Translations under genes and position numbers: made by a program | DNA from: a virus | Taxonomy: Duplodnaviria; Caudoviricetes | Virus record (IMG/VR): IMGVR_UViG_3300031260_000061 | Coordinates: 1 to 36,110 of that record | Reading direction: 5' to 3' (one strand) | Length of the DNA stretch: 36,110 nucleotides | In this document: in pieces, positions 35,198 to 36,110 of the stretch | How positions within the stretch are numbered: position 1 is the stretch's first letter | Layout of the letters: every line of letters begins with the position of its first letter | Notes under the pieces: generated by a model | The model's input: only the letters and a program-made list of their open reading frames with translations | What the model was told of the DNA's origin: nothing | The model's database searches: none

Positions 35198-36110
35198 ATG
35201 ATTACATGGAAGGAGATAACCTTCAGTGAGTTTGCAACAATGGAGAACCTGAAGATAGCTTATATGCTGGCAAGCGAAAACAAGCGCTCCAGGGTGTCTG
35301 TCATCAACATGGGTGAAGAGAAAGCCCAGAAGCAATTGCTGGGTGAATTGATTGACGGAACCTATTACCCGAGACCACAGAAAAAGATGGTCAAGTACGA
35401 CAAGAACGCAAAGAAGAAAAGGGAGATATCCTGTCCTGCCTTCCGTGACCAGGTTGTGCATTGGATGATTGTTGAATTCCTTCGGGAGAGATACATGCAG
35501 CACTTCATCAAGCATTCAGTAGCAAACATACGTGGCCGGGGAATCGAATACGGCAAGAACCTGCTCAAGCACTGGTCACAGCAACGAGGAACAAAGTGGG
35601 TCCTTCAGCTGGATATAAAGAAATACTACAACAATATTGATGTGGATAAACTGATAGAGAAATATGCAGAGCGAATCAGGGATAAGAAGTTGATGAACCT
35701 CATCAGAACAATACTGATCCACGATACGAATGAGAAGCACAAGGGAATAACTCTTGGTTCATATTTCAACCAGTGGTGTGCTCTTTTCTATCTTTCTGAT
35801 TTCGACCATTTCGTAAAGGAACAGCTACAGGTCAAGTTCTATCTGAGGTATGTGGATGATATGCTCCTGTTATTCAATTCAAGAAGAAAAGCAGAAAAGG
35901 CTTTTAGATACATCGATATTGAGCTACTGAATCTTGGGCTTTCCCCAAAAAAGGATGGTCACGGGAAGTATAGGATTTTCAAATGGGAAGGGCATTTCAT
36001 CGACATGCTCGGCTACCGTACCCACAGGAACGGCAAGCAGGACCTGAGGAGAAACAACTATCTCATGACACGTAGGCTTTGCGATAAGATAGACAATGGC
36101 CATATCACTC
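35198..36110 (+). CDS. DGR reverse transcriptase (346 aa; continues through the circular join to position 269)
   Basis: ATG 35198 after aagga; KKREISCPAFRDQVVH, LQLDIKKYY, GITLGSYFNQW, YLRYVDDM (YVDD at 35849-35860), IDMLGY; no stop before the window end. Confidence 0.96.
   Translation, partial: MITWKEITFSEFATMENLKIAYMLASENKRSRVSVINMGEEKAQKQLLGELIDGTYYPRPQKKMVKYDKNAKKKREISCPAFRDQVVHWMIVEFLRERYMQHFIKHSVANIRGRGIEYGKNLLKHWSQQRGTKWVLQLDIKKYYNNIDVDKLIEKYAERIRDKKLMNLIRTILIHDTNEKHKGITLGSYFNQWCALFYLSDFDHFVKEQLQVKFYLRYVDDMLLLFNSRRKAEKAFRYIDIELLNLGLSPKKDGHGKYRIFKWEGHFIDMLGYRTHRNGKQDLRRNNYLMTRRLCDKIDNGHIT
35970..36110. repeat. Terminal direct repeat, right copy
   Basis: Identical to 1-141. Confidence 0.97.

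Larger units (their letters stand above)
1..36110. mobile_element. Complete circular temperate siphovirus-like phage genome (35,969 bp, attP form)
   Basis: Terminal overlap; full set of lysogeny, replication, head and tail modules; a single att core with arm sites on both sides; no host genes. Confidence 0.93.
32831..36110 (+). mobile_element. Diversity-generating retroelement cassette (target-VR-hairpin-TR-RT)
   Basis: All core DGR parts are present in order on one strand; no avd gene found. Confidence 0.95.

Noticed and set aside
35198-36110. Group II intron, retron or Abi-type RT
   Set aside because: Short RT without maturase/endonuclease extension or retron VTG motif, and adjacent to a TR/VR pair with adenine-only mismatches.

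Overview
The window is one apparently complete, circularly permuted temperate siphovirus-type phage genome of 35,969 bp. Bases 1-141 repeat exactly at 35970-36110, and the contig is in the excised (attP) configuration. Modules in order: putative lysis genes; tyrosine integrase with an attP core equal to the 3' half of a tRNA-Leu(GAG); a CI-like/Cro-position/Xis switch; a ~570-nt non-coding, hairpin-rich leader with two aberrant tRNA-like elements; a Sak4-SSB-Cas4-like nuclease-helicase-primase replication module with an iterated origin; HNH-TerS-TerL-portal(MuF fusion)-protease-capsid; a non-contractile tail with a -1 frameshifted chaperone, tape measure and a 1459-aa tail-tip protein; and a complete diversity-generating retroelement (DGR). 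The DGR comprises a C-type-lectin-like tail-fibre target with VR 34781-34891, a hairpin, TR 34975-35085 (14 mismatches to VR, all at TR adenines) and a reverse transcriptase that runs across the contig junction and is missed by the ORF track. The most unusual points are: no Avd gene and a variant RT signature (LGSYFNQ instead of GxxxSQ); two tRNA mimics keeping only the acceptor/T-arm half; a 10-bp-phased GTATC array shared by attP and the late promoter; a nested membrane-protein gene pair; and no recognisable endolysin. All protein assignments come from motif reading by eye; no database searches were run.
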